Assembly: GCA_035265325.1 (NCBI GenBank)
Contig: DATFOS010000177.1
Coordinates: 14,581 to 78,580, forward strand
Reading direction: 5' to 3'
Length of the DNA stretch: 64,000 nucleotides
Origin: Acidimicrobiales bacterium
GTDB taxonomy: Bacteria > Actinomycetota > Acidimicrobiia > Acidimicrobiales > VFJN01
This document shows positions 1-8,142 of the stretch, one piece after another (within the stretch, counting starts at the first letter, position 1; every line of letters starts with the position of its first letter). Both the position numbers and the translations under genes were made by a program. The notes beneath the pieces were generated by a model that saw nothing but the letters and a program-made list of their open reading frames with translations, had not been told where the DNA came from and made no database searches.

Positions 1-291
1 GTCGGACCGCTCGGTCGGCTTGTCGGATCGGCCGAAGCCGACCAGGTCGGGCGCCACGCACCGCAGCCCGGCGTCCACCAGGACCGGGATCATCGTCCGG
101 TACAGGAACGACCACGACGGCTCGCCGTGCATCAGCAGCACGACGGGGGCGTCAGGCGGGCCCTCGTCCAGGTAGTGGGCCCGCAACCGGCCGCCCTCGC
201 CGTCGTCGACCTCGACGTAGTGGGGGGCGAACGGGAAGTCGGGCAGGCCGGCGAACCGGTCGTCGGGTGTCCGGAGCGCCTTCACGCCCAC
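1..291 (-). CDS. alpha/beta hydrolase, haloalkane dehalogenase-like (N-terminal 97 aa only; gene runs off the left edge)
   Basis: Own reverse-strand translation from GTG at 291-289 (in-frame TAG at 297-295 closes the frame upstream): [97 protein letters not shown]. The [11 protein letters not shown] and [11 protein letters not shown] segments are typical of HLD-type alpha/beta hydrolases. Absent from the ORF track because it is edge-truncated. Confidence 0.7.
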   Translation of the reverse strand, partial: MGVKALRTPDDRFAGLPDFPFAPHYVEVDDGEGGRLRAHYLDEGPPDAPVVLLMHGEPSWSFLYRTMIPVLVDAGLRCVAPDLVGFGRSDKPTERSD

Positions 292-354
292 GGCCTACCA
301 CCCGGCGTGGCGGCCCGGCCAGGACCGGGGGCCGCCCGCCACCGGCGGGCTGGG

Positions 355-524
355 CCTAGTGGTCTGTCGCCGAAATGACGGCGCGGTCTCGGCGAGTCAG
401 GGGCGTCGCTGGCAAGGACGCAGGAGGACGGCGCACACCTTGCGGTGCGGTGACGACGAGGACGCAGCCAGCGGCGTTCCTGGCCGGCGAGGCCGCCCGC
501 TCAATTCGGCGACGGACCACTAGG
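355..524. repeat. 170-nt near-palindromic element: imperfect ~40-nt inverted-repeat arms (355-394 / 485-524) around ~90 nt; MITE-like or a long 3'-UTR stem
   Basis: Hand alignment of 355-> against the reverse complement of 524<-. The outer 20 nt CCTAGTGGTCTGTCGCCGAA vs CCTAGTGGTCCGTCGCCGAA match 19/20, and about 33/40 match over the extended arms. The right arm contains the stop codon (520-522) of the endonuclease III-like gene. Confidence 0.8.
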
Positions 525-1170
525 TCGCCTTGATCTCGGCGTGGTCCTTGGCCAGCTCGACCCGGACGAGGGCGGCGACGAGGCGGACCATGCCGTCCCC
601 GCCGCCCGGGGCGAGGGCGGCGAGCGCCTCCGGGTCGGTCGGGAGCCCGAGCTTGCGCGCGCTCGCCGCGGCCCGCTTGTCCACGAACGGCGCCAGCTCG
701 CCCCAGGCGCCCTGCACCTCCCGGAAGAAGATGTCCACCCCGACGTCGGCGATGCCCTTGGCCTCCTTCAGCAGGCGGCGCTCGGCCTTCGGGTTGCGCC
801 CGGCCTCCTCTCGGAGCCGCCGCAGGTCGCCGCCCCACCGGTCGTGGACCATGTCCGCCGTCTCGCCGAGGACCCGGGCCGTGCTCTCGTCGAAGCGGGC
901 GTAGCCGGACTCGTTGAGCACGTGCACCCGTTCCTCCCAGGTGGAGGCGCGCATCTTGTCGACGGTCGTCCAGCCGGCGTCGGCGAGGCCGCGGGCGGCG
1001 GAGACGGCGGCGTCCGCCCGGATGCGCGCCGCCAGCAGCGTCGCCAGGCACAGCAGCCGGTAGAGGGGCGAGGGCGTGTCCTTCACCGTGAAACCGGCGT
1101 CGGCGGCGTAGGTGGTGCCGTACCGGTCGAGCAGCCGCCCGACCACGTCCTTCTCGCGCCTCCCGGCCAT
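520..1170 (-). CDS. endonuclease III-like / HhH-GPD superfamily DNA glycosylase-like protein
   Basis: 216-aa ORF of normal composition. PSPLYRLLCLATLLAARIRADAAVSAARGL..., WGGDLRRLREEAG and KGIADVGVDIFFREVQGAW (helix-hairpin-helix-like) match the actinobacterial endonuclease III domain family. Confidence 0.75.
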   Translation of the reverse strand: MAGRREKDVVGRLLDRYGTTYAADAGFTVKDTPSPLYRLLCLATLLAARIRADAAVSAARGLADAGWTTVDKMRASTWEERVHVLNESGYARFDESTARVLGETADMVHDRWGGDLRRLREEAGRNPKAERRLLKEAKGIADVGVDIFFREVQGAWGELAPFVDKRAAASARKLGLPTDPEALAALAPGGGDGMVRLVAALVRVELAKDHAEIKAT

Positions 1171-1209
1171 GCCGCGCGGCTACCCCGCCTGGCGCGGGCC
1201 TATCCGGCG

Positions 1210-2115
1210 TCAGCCCGCGGCGGCGCGGGCCTGGCGGGCGAGGGTGACGGTGGCGGCCCGGACGGCGTCGGCCGTGGCCACGGGCTCGTCGAACGGCAGG
1301 CGCACCCGCCCGGGGCCGCCGGGCCCGGTGGCCACCAGGTCCATGCCGTAGCGGTCCAGGCCCGTGACCGTGACCGACTCGGCGTCCGGGCGCCCGCCCA
1401 GGTGGCGGGCCATGAGCAGGCAGGCGTGGGCGTGGTCTGCGTTGAGGTGTGCGACCGCCCCGGCCGCGACCGGCGCCACGGGGTCGGGTTCGGCGGCGGC
1501 CCAGCCGTCGACCGATACCCAGGACATGCGCCCGTAGCCGCCGACGAACCGGATCGACGCCACCTCGAGCCGCCACAGGGCGAAGTCGCCGTAGTCGATG
1601 TAGGTGGCGGCGTGCGGGTTGCCCGCGAGGTGGGCCTCCCGGGCGGCGGGGACCTCGTCGTCCGGCACCACGGCCAGCGTGCCGAGCAGCGTGACCCGGG
1701 CGACCGCCAGCGGATCCTCGCCCGGAGCAACCGGCCGGGCGACCAGCAGCGACCCCCGGGGGTCGGCCCGCAGGTTCCGGGTGTGCTCGGCCATCTCGGA
1801 GATGCACAGGACCGGCCGGGCCGACGCGTCGAGCCCGTACGGGGCCACCGACCCGAACGGCGTGCCGGCCGGTTCGCGGGCCAGGGTGGACAACGTGCCG
1901 GTGGCGACGGGGGCGGCCAGCGTGCGCGCCCGCTCGGCGTCGGTCGGCTCCCGTCCCCGGACAACCGGCGCCACCACGGCGGGCGCCACCCCGCTGGGCA
2001 CGACGTGGTCGGCCGGCGGCCCGGACGCGGCCGCGGCGCCTTCCGGGGTCGGGTCGGGAAGGGCCTCGTCGCCGGGACGCACACCATCGGTCACCGTCGC
2101 AGTATCCCCGGTCAC
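1210..2115 (-). CDS. HugZ-like haem-utilisation / PNPOx-fold FMN-binding protein with C-terminal DUF2470
   Basis: C-terminal ~300 aa of the 394-aa ORF: ERARTLAAPVATGTLSTLA...PFGSVAPYGLD...RPVLCISEMAEHTRNLRADPRGSLLV (PNPOx split barrel) and AVAHLNADHAHACLLMARHLGG (DUF2470). The N-terminal 90 aa of the track ORF are Pro/Ser-rich junk. GTG at 2115 or 2094 is the plausible start, so the start is uncertain. Confidence 0.75.
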   Translation of the reverse strand: MTGDTATVTDGVRPGDEALPDPTPEGAAAASGPPADHVVPSGVAPAVVAPVVRGREPTDAERARTLAAPVATGTLSTLAREPAGTPFGSVAPYGLDASARPVLCISEMAEHTRNLRADPRGSLLVARPVAPGEDPLAVARVTLLGTLAVVPDDEVPAAREAHLAGNPHAATYIDYGDFALWRLEVASIRFVGGYGRMSWVSVDGWAAAEPDPVAPVAAGAVAHLNADHAHACLLMARHLGGRPDAESVTVTGLDRYGMDLVATGPGGPGRVRLPFDEPVATADAVRAATVTLARQARAAAG

Positions 2116-2278
2116 GATCCCCGTGCACGGCGACGCCACCGGCAGCGCCGGGCTCGCCGGCGGGCCGGGCGCTCGGAGGCCCGATCCGGTGGGCGGCCCG
2201 CACGCATGACACGCCGACGGTGGACCGGTACGGTCACCCTCCTGGGCCGAAAGGCCCTCGTCGAGGGTTGGGGGAAGC

Positions 2279-4627
2279 TTGGGGAGGCAGGTCTCGACAA
2301 CGGCTCCGCGCCACGAGGGCTCCGACGCGCCCGGAGTGGCCGGCGTCGACCGGGAACGGGACCACCCCGAGGGTGGTGATGGACGCGACCACACCGACGC
2401 CGTCCGCGACGGCGACCGGGGTGACGCCTGCGGCAGCGGGCACGCCGCCCGACCGCTCCACCGGTTGCGAGACTTCTCGCCGCGGGGCCGCCTCGTCGCC
2501 GCCGCCTTCGGCTTGGCGCTCGTGGCGGCCCACGCCTACGCCGTCCTGCGGTTCGCCGGGGACTGGGTGGCGACCGGCGACACCGCCCTCATGGGCCTGC
2601 GGTCGCTCGACTCGCTCACAGACCGCATCCCGCTCGTGGGCCAGCCCTCCACGTCGGGCATGTACGGCGGGTTCCCGCGCAACGCATTCCATCCCGGGCC
2701 GCTGCACTTCTACCTGATGGCGCCGGTGGTCCGGCTGCTCGGCCTGACGGCCGGGATGCTGGCCGTGTCGGTGCTGGTCACGGGTTCGTCGGTGCTCGTC
2801 GCAGCCTGGGCGGTGTTCCGCCAGCTGGGCGCCCGGGCCGGCGCGTTCGCCGCGGTGCTCCTGGCACTGATCGTCTTCACCACCGGACCGGGCAGCCTGG
2901 TCTTCCCGGTCAGCTCGAACATCAGCGGCTACCCGTTGCTCACGGGCGCCGTGCTCGTGTGGTGCCTGCTGGCCGGCGACGACCGGCTGTTGCCGCTCGC
3001 CGTCGTGTTCCTCTCCTTCGCCGGCCAAGCCCACCTGGCCGTCTCGCCGACGGTGGCGATCCTGGGCGCCGCCACCGTCGTGGGCCTCGCCGTCCACTGG
3101 CGCCGGGCGGTGACCCCCGGCGGCTCGGGTGCCCTCCGGCGGCGAGTCGCCTGGCTCGGCGGCGGGTCGCTCCTGCTGGGGCTCGCTCTTTGGGCGCCGG
3201 TCCTCTACCAGGAGGTGCGCGGCGACCCCGGGAACCTGACGGCCATCGTCACGTTCGCCTCCGACGGCGACCGGCGCAGCGTCGGCCCGGAGGCCGCCGC
3301 CCGCCAGCTCGCGCATACGCTCGGATGGCCGCCGCTGCTGGGCCGGACCGACCTCGCCGGCGGCGACCTCCTCGGCCCCGTCGGCGGCGTGACGTGGGTG
3401 ACCGCCGCCGCCGTCGTGGCCGCCCTGGTGGTCGCCGGCCTGCGCTGGCGCCGAGCCGCCCCCCGCCGCGCCCTGCTCGTCCTCATGACGGCGCCCGTGG
3501 CGGCGGCCGGCCTGGCCAGCGGGTCGAACGTGCCGGACTCGATCGAGCAGACCCGTTTGCCCTTCTACCACTGGGTCTGGCCCCTCACGCTGTTCGCCAC
3601 CCTGGCCCTCGGCCTGGCCGCCGCCGACCTGGCCCGCGGCGTCGTGGCCCGGGCCGCCGAGCGCCGGCCGGGCCCGAGCACGCCGGCCGCCACCGTCGGC
3701 CGGCTCGCCACCCGCCTCCGCACCGGCCCGGGCGCCGCCGTCGTCACCGGGCTGGCGCTCGTGGCCGTCCTCGCTCCCGTCGCCGTCATGCCGGCGCTCG
3801 ACCGGCGCAGCGACGAGCTGGACGCGTCCGGCGCCTTCGTCCCCCGCTGGGCGATCGACGCCCTGGCCGACCGGATCCTCGCCGCCGGGAACGACGGGAC
3901 GAGCGATGCCGGGGCCGATGGCGACGGCCGCGGCGCCGGCGTCCGCCCGCGGGAACCGGTGGTCGTCGTGACGGTCGGCGGTTCCATCTTCGCCGGGACC
4001 GACGCCGCCGTGGCGATGCGCCTCATGGAGCGCGGCGTGGACGTCCGCTTCGCCCTCGGCCTCCGGGACTTCGTCGCCGACGAGCACCTCGTCGACCCGG
4101 GCGGCGTCGGGACGCTGGCGATCATGGCGTCCCACGGGACCGTGGACGCGCCCCCGGACGACATCCCCGGCGAGGAGGTCGGCACCGTGCTCGTCGCCGA
4201 CGGCATCGACCTCGGCGCCCACGCCGCCCTGGTCGCCGCCCTCGACGGTGTGTCGGCCGACGACCTCGAGTTCGGGCCCGAGCTGACCACCTACGTCGAG
4301 CGGGGCGACGACGAGCGCACGCTCGCCGAGATGACCCTCGCCGGCCTGCTCGCCGACCCGGCGGTCGGCCTCCAGGACCGCGCCTTCGTCGAGTTCCTCC
4401 TCGACCACCCGCTCGCCACCCCGTCGCTCGACCGCGAGGCCCTCGCCGCCCTGCGCGACAGCCTCCCGGCCGACGGCGTCGCCTCGCCGACGTTCAGGCT
4501 CCACCTGGTCACGGGCGAGGAGGCCGCCCGCACCCTGCAGCCGGGCGGTTGGTTGGACCGGCAGGCCGCACGCCAGGCCGAGGCCAACGGCCTGATCCGC
4601 GAGGAACGGGACGGGGAGGACCCGTGA
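2279..4627 (+). CDS. large polytopic membrane protein with C-terminal soluble domain (possibly a GT-C-type glycosyltransferase; function unproven)
   Basis: 782-aa ORF with about 10 hydrophobic helices (LVAAAFGLALVAAHAYAVL, LLGLTAGMLAVSVLVTGSSVLVAAWAV, LLTGAVLVWCLLAG ...) followed by a ~300-aa non-repetitive acidic soluble part. The first ~60 aa look non-coding; an in-frame TTG at 2465 is an alternative start. Confidence 0.7.
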   Translation: MGRQVSTTAPRHEGSDAPGVAGVDRERDHPEGGDGRDHTDAVRDGDRGDACGSGHAARPLHRLRDFSPRGRLVAAAFGLALVAAHAYAVLRFAGDWVATGDTALMGLRSLDSLTDRIPLVGQPSTSGMYGGFPRNAFHPGPLHFYLMAPVVRLLGLTAGMLAVSVLVTGSSVLVAAWAVFRQLGARAGAFAAVLLALIVFTTGPGSLVFPVSSNISGYPLLTGAVLVWCLLAGDDRLLPLAVVFLSFAGQAHLAVSPTVAILGAATVVGLAVHWRRAVTPGGSGALRRRVAWLGGGSLLLGLALWAPVLYQEVRGDPGNLTAIVTFASDGDRRSVGPEAAARQLAHTLGWPPLLGRTDLAGGDLLGPVGGVTWVTAAAVVAALVVAGLRWRRAAPRRALLVLMTAPVAAAGLASGSNVPDSIEQTRLPFYHWVWPLTLFATLALGLAAADLARGVVARAAERRPGPSTPAATVGRLATRLRTGPGAAVVTGLALVAVLAPVAVMPALDRRSDELDASGAFVPRWAIDALADRILAAGNDGTSDAGADGDGRGAGVRPREPVVVVTVGGSIFAGTDAAVAMRLMERGVDVRFALGLRDFVADEHLVDPGGVGTLAIMASHGTVDAPPDDIPGEEVGTVLVADGIDLGAHAALVAALDGVSADDLEFGPELTTYVERGDDERTLAEMTLAGLLADPAVGLQDRAFVEFLLDHPLATPSLDREALAALRDSLPADGVASPTFRLHLVTGEEAARTLQPGGWLDRQAARQAEANGLIREERDGEDP

Positions 4628-4785
4628 CCGTGGCCCCCTCCTGTGCCGACGCCGTGACCCGGGTCGGCGCCGGCGGTGCGGACTCGTCCAGGGCGGCACC
4701 GCCGCCGTCGGCGTAGAGGAGCGGCGGACCTCGCAGCCGGCCACCCCACCCGACGAGGCGGCCCGCCCGGCCGTGACGCGGCCCC

Positions 4786-5208
4786 TCAGCAGACGCAGAA
4801 CTCGTTGCCCTCGGGGTCGGCCATCACGATGTGGTGGCCCTCGAACGGCTCGAGGACCCTGGCGCCGGCGGCCGCGAGCCGGTGGGCCTCGGCGCTGATG
4901 CGGGCCCAGCGCGCGTCGGGCGTGCCCGGGCCGCCCACCCGGACGTCGATGTGCAGGCGGTTCTTGGCGACCTTGGGCTCCGGCACGGCCAGGATGGCGA
5001 TACGCGGCCCGACGCCGGCGGGGTCGTGGATCCACTCGCCGCCCGCCCGCTCGTCCTCGGGCACCTCGTAGTGGTCGAGCCACTCCTCCCGGGTCGTGAA
5101 CGGCGGTGGCGGTGGCTCGTCCTCGTAGCCGAGCGCCAGCTTCCAGAAGTCGGCCACCAGCGTGGCGTCGGCACAGTCGAGCGTCAGGTCGATGCGGGCG
5201 GTTGCCAT
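4786..5208 (-). CDS. VOC / glyoxalase-bleomycin-resistance family protein
   Basis: The last 140 aa of the 324-aa track ORF start at ATG 5208: MATARIDLTLDCADATLVADFWKLALGYE...NRLHIDVRV...GHHIVMADPEGNEFCV, typical of small VOC proteins. The upstream part of the track ORF is low-complexity. Confidence 0.85.
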   Translation of the reverse strand: MATARIDLTLDCADATLVADFWKLALGYEDEPPPPPFTTREEWLDHYEVPEDERAGGEWIHDPAGVGPRIAILAVPEPKVAKNRLHIDVRVGGPGTPDARWARISAEAHRLAAAGARVLEPFEGHHIVMADPEGNEFCVC

Positions 5209-5299
5209 CACGTCGACCGTACGCCCGGGGTGTGACGGCTTGGCTCGGTCGGGCGAAGGGGCGCGGCTCGGGCCGCCGGTCCGTGGCAGGCTCGCGCCC

Positions 5300-5716
5300 A
5301 TGTGGGATCGGGTCGGTGGGTTGCGGACCGTCGCGCTGGGCACGCCGGGCCGCTCGCGTGACCGGCTGAACCGGCTCGTCCTGGAGGGGGCGAAGACCGC
5401 CACGGCGGGGCTGTACGAGGTCGAGTACGTCGCCGAGGAAGAGGCGCTCGAGACGGTCGGCGAGCGGCTCGTCCTGCTCGACAGCGCCGAGGCCCCGATC
5501 GGGGTCATCGAGGTCACACGGGTCGAGACGTACCCGTTCCTCGAGGTCCCGTGGGAGTTCGCCGCCGCCGAAAACGAGGGCGACGACACGATCGAGGACT
5601 GGCGGCGCGGCCACCGGGAGTTCTTCGACGCCGTCGGCACGCCGGTACGGGACGGCGACCGCATGGTCTGCATCTGGTTCCGCCTCCTCGACGAGCCCCC
5701 GCCCACCCGGGGCTGA
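5300..5716 (+). CDS. ASCH domain-containing protein
   Basis: ATG at 5300 (in frame with track ORF 5162). MWDRVGGLRTVALGTPGRSRDRLNRLVLEGAKTATAGLYEVEY...IGVIEVTRVETYPFLEVPWEFAAAENEG is the ASCH (PUA-like) pattern. Confidence 0.8.
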   Translation: MWDRVGGLRTVALGTPGRSRDRLNRLVLEGAKTATAGLYEVEYVAEEEALETVGERLVLLDSAEAPIGVIEVTRVETYPFLEVPWEFAAAENEGDDTIEDWRRGHREFFDAVGTPVRDGDRMVCIWFRLLDEPPPTRG

Positions 5717-5728
5717 GTGCCGGTGCCC

Positions 5729-5767
5729 ATGGACCTGCGCGGCAGTGTCGCCGTGGTCACCGGCGGA
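5729..5767 (+). pseudogene. possible remnant of a short-chain dehydrogenase (SDR) gene: N-terminal 13 codons only
   Basis: ATG at 5729 encodes MDLRGSVAVVTGG, the canonical SDR N-terminus and start of the TGxxxGxG Rossmann motif. None of the three forward frames continues as an SDR after that. Confidence 0.25.
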
Positions 5768-5806
5768 ACCGCCCGGCCGAGCCGTACCCGGCGTCGGCGG
5801 ACGCGA

Positions 5807-5839
5807 GCATGCCCCGCCCAGGGGGAAGGCGGGGCATGC
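5807..5839. terminator. perfect 12-bp GC-rich stem-loop (GCATGCCCCGCC-cagggggaa-GGCGGGGCATGC)
   Basis: Read directly from the sequence: arms 5807-5818 and 5828-5839 are fully complementary, with a 9-nt loop. It lies in a ~330-nt non-coding stretch downstream of the ASCH gene. No T-tract, as is usual in high-GC actinobacteria. Confidence 0.45.
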
Positions 5840-6002
5840 GCTGCCGGTCACGAGCGCCGGTGGGGCGCCGGTGACAGGCCGGGCGGCGGCTGGCGGGTGC
5901 CGCCGTTCGGCCGGGATGCCGCCGGGCCGGACGGGGAATCCGGGGCCGGGGCTGGGGGCCCGGCCGGGCTTTGGGGAGAGCCCTCCGGCGACGGAGCGGC
6001 CG

Positions 6003-6021
6003 GGCCGCCGCGTCGGCGGCC
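6003..6021 (-). terminator. GC hairpin (8-bp stem, 3-nt loop) ~23 nt downstream of small ORF 6044-6211
   Basis: GGCCGCCG-cgt-CGGCGGCC read directly from the sequence. Confidence 0.3.
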
Positions 6022-6043
6022 GCCGGGCCTCCTCGGTGAGGGA

Positions 6044-6211
6044 CTAGGGCGTCGCCCCGCGTCGGGCGACGGTCGGTCGGAACAAGCGCACCTGGCGCTG
6101 CCCGCTCGGCGCCGCCGCGATCAGCGTCCCGCCCGAAGCGGTGCGGTACACGACCTCGGTCGAGCCGATCCGCCGGCGGTTGGTGCGTCGGTTCCCATCG
6201 GACTTCCACAT
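6044..6211 (-). CDS. small basic protein, 55 aa, uncharacterised (paralogue of 22391-22555)
   Basis: MWKSDGNRRTNRRRIGSTEVVYRTASGGTLIAAAPSGQRQVRLFRPTVARRGATP. ATG at 6211 is preceded by GAGGAGG (6223-6217) with a 5-nt spacer. A second copy in the window shares 16/30 identical residues in a gapless core, with many synonymous codon differences. A hairpin follows. Confidence 0.55.
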   Translation of the reverse strand: MWKSDGNRRTNRRRIGSTEVVYRTASGGTLIAAAPSGQRQVRLFRPTVARRGATP

Positions 6212-6535
6212 GGTGGCCTCCTCGGCCTCGGTGATCCTGTGCTGCTGTACCTGCATTGTGAGGACCGGGGGCGGCCGCCGGAATGGTGCTGCCTCCCGAG
6301 CCGACGTGGGGCTGTCCCCCCTATAGAGGTCGGCCACCGGGCCTCGATACACACCATGCGCGACGCCGCTTGGACGCGGCTTGCATCCCGCTGGCACGGC
6401 GCAGTCACGGCCGGCAGCCGGTGCGAGCGGGCTCGGCGGCCGGCCGCCGGTGAGAGACGGCTCGATGCCTTACCCCTACCGGCGGTAACCTGAGCACGAT
6501 TTCGCCACGCCCGCAGGTGAGAGCAGAGGACACGC

Positions 6536-8011
6536 GTGGAGCATCTCGACGTCCTGATCGTCGGCGCCGGTCTGTCCGGCATCGGCGCCGCCCACCACCT
6601 GCAGGCCAAGTGCCCGTGGGCGAGCTACGCCGTCTTCGAGGCCCGCGACGCCGTGGGCGGCACCTGGGACCTGTTCCGGTACCCCGGCGTCCGGTCCGAC
6701 TCCGACATGTTCACCCTGGGCTACTCGTTCCGCCCGTGGAGGCACGACCGGACGATCGCCGATGGCGGCTCGATCCTGCAGTACATCCGCGACACGGCGG
6801 CCGAGGCGGGCATCCACCGCCACATCCGCTTCCACCACCGGGTCACGTCGGCCGCCTGGTCCACCGAGGACGCCCGCTGGCACGTGACCGCCAAGCGGGC
6901 CGACACCGGCGAGTCGGTCGAGCTGACCTGCGGGTTCCTGTTCTCGTGTAGCGGCTATTACCGCTACGACCGGGGCTACCTGCCCGACTTCCCGGGCATC
7001 GACGACTACGCCGGCATGCTCATCCACCCCCAGGCCTGGCCGGAGGGCTTCGACCACGCCGGCAGGCGCATCGTCGTGATCGGCAGCGGGGCGACGGCGA
7101 TTACGCTGGTGCCGTCGCTGGCCGAGACGGCCGAGCACGTGACGATGCTCCAGCGCTCCCCCAGCTACATCGCCTCGCTCCCGAACGTGAGCCCGATCGC
7201 CCCGTTCGTGCGCAAGGTCATGCCGGCCCGGTGGTCGGCCCCGGCGACCCGCTGGCTGCACGCCCTCGGCACGCAGGCCTTCTTCCGGTTCAGCCGGCTG
7301 CGGCCGCACGTGGTGAGCCGGGCGCTGCGGCAGGGCGTCCAGCGCCAGCTGCCGCCGGGCTACGACGTCGAGACCCACTTCACGCCCCGGTACGACCCGT
7401 GGGACCAGCGCCTCTGCGTCGTCCCCGACGGTGACCTGTTCGCCGCCATCAGCAGGGGGACCGCGTCGGTCGTCACCGACCGGATCGATCGCTTCACCGA
7501 GAAGGGCCTGCTGCTCGAGTCCGGGACGGAGCTCGAGGCCGAGGTCGTCGTGACCGCCACCGGGCTTGACCTGTTGTTCCTGGGCGGCATCGCGCTGTCG
7601 GTCGACGGCGAGGCGGTCGACGTGGCGGCGAGGCTCACCTACAAGGGGATCATGCTGGAGGGCGTGCCGAACCTGGCCTTCGCCGTCGGCTACACGAACG
7701 CCTCGTGGACGCTCAAGGCCGACCTCACCAGCGACTACGTCTGCCGGCTGCTCGACCACCTGCGCAAGGTCGGCCTGCGCCAGGCGACACCGCGCAACAC
7801 CGGCGGCTCCGTCAGCACCGAGCCGCTGCTGGGCCTGACCTCGGGCTACGTCCAGCGCTCGGCCCACCTGTTCCCGAAGCAGGGCTCGCGCGTCCCCTGG
7901 CAGGTCCACCAGAGCTACCTCAAGGACTACCGCGCACTGCGGCTCAAGCCGATCCAGGACGAGGCCATGGCCTTGTCCAACCCCACCGCCGACGCGGTCC
8001 GCGTGCGTTAA
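6536..8011 (+). CDS. FAD-dependent flavin-containing / Baeyer-Villiger-type monooxygenase (EthA-like)
   Basis: 491 aa. N-terminal FAD Rossmann [34 protein letters not shown]-like fingerprint [10 protein letters not shown], and a second dinucleotide motif VVIGSGATA. Confidence 0.9.
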   Translation: MEHLDVLIVGAGLSGIGAAHHLQAKCPWASYAVFEARDAVGGTWDLFRYPGVRSDSDMFTLGYSFRPWRHDRTIADGGSILQYIRDTAAEAGIHRHIRFHHRVTSAAWSTEDARWHVTAKRADTGESVELTCGFLFSCSGYYRYDRGYLPDFPGIDDYAGMLIHPQAWPEGFDHAGRRIVVIGSGATAITLVPSLAETAEHVTMLQRSPSYIASLPNVSPIAPFVRKVMPARWSAPATRWLHALGTQAFFRFSRLRPHVVSRALRQGVQRQLPPGYDVETHFTPRYDPWDQRLCVVPDGDLFAAISRGTASVVTDRIDRFTEKGLLLESGTELEAEVVVTATGLDLLFLGGIALSVDGEAVDVAARLTYKGIMLEGVPNLAFAVGYTNASWTLKADLTSDYVCRLLDHLRKVGLRQATPRNTGGSVSTEPLLGLTSGYVQRSAHLFPKQGSRVPWQVHQSYLKDYRALRLKPIQDEAMALSNPTADAVRVR

Positions 8012-8020
8012 CTCGTTGGG

Positions 8021-8059
8021 CGATAGGCGCCGCCTATCGGCGTGAGTGCCAAAGTCGAT
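8021..8059. promoter_or_regulatory. candidate OxyR operator upstream of ahpC: perfect 19-nt palindrome containing ATAG-N7-CTAT, followed by a degenerate second half-site
   Basis: CGATAGGCG-C-CGCCTATCG (8021-8039) is perfectly palindromic. ATAG (8023-8026)-N7-CTAT (8034-8037) matches the E. coli OxyR half-site pattern. AGTG-N7-CGAT follows after 7 nt. It lies 85-120 nt upstream of the ahpC ATG, and an oxyR gene lies 2.4 kb downstream. Confidence 0.5.
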
Positions 8060-8142
8060 CGAGGATAACTATCGTTCTTGGGAGCCTCGATCTAGCCTGC
8101 CTATGTCCCGTAGACCCCCCTCCCACGGAGGCAACGCACGCA

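Noticed and set aside
356-2379. 618-aa minus and 612-aa plus ORFs over the endonuclease III-like and HugZ-like genes
   Set aside because: Arg/Gly/Pro-rich off-frame translations. Other frames give proper family-like proteins.
2234-5851. 1205-aa minus-strand ORF spanning four annotated genes
   Set aside because: Its translation is almost pure Arg/Gly/Pro/Ala/Asp low complexity with no motifs. It is antisense or out of frame to well-supported genes (membrane protein, VOC, ASCH). This is the typical high-GC shadow ORF.
5717-6493. 258-aa plus ORF across the non-coding gap and small ORF A
   Set aside because: Only the first 13 residues (SDR-like start) look real and the remainder is GC-driven nonsense. 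It is retained only as a possible gene remnant.
8021-8039. Reading the 19-nt palindrome purely as the monooxygenase terminator
   Set aside because: A perfect palindrome with a 1-nt centre cannot form a full hairpin (the loop is too small). The ATAG-N7-CTAT content and its position upstream of ahpC fit an OxyR site better. A weak terminator role is not excluded.
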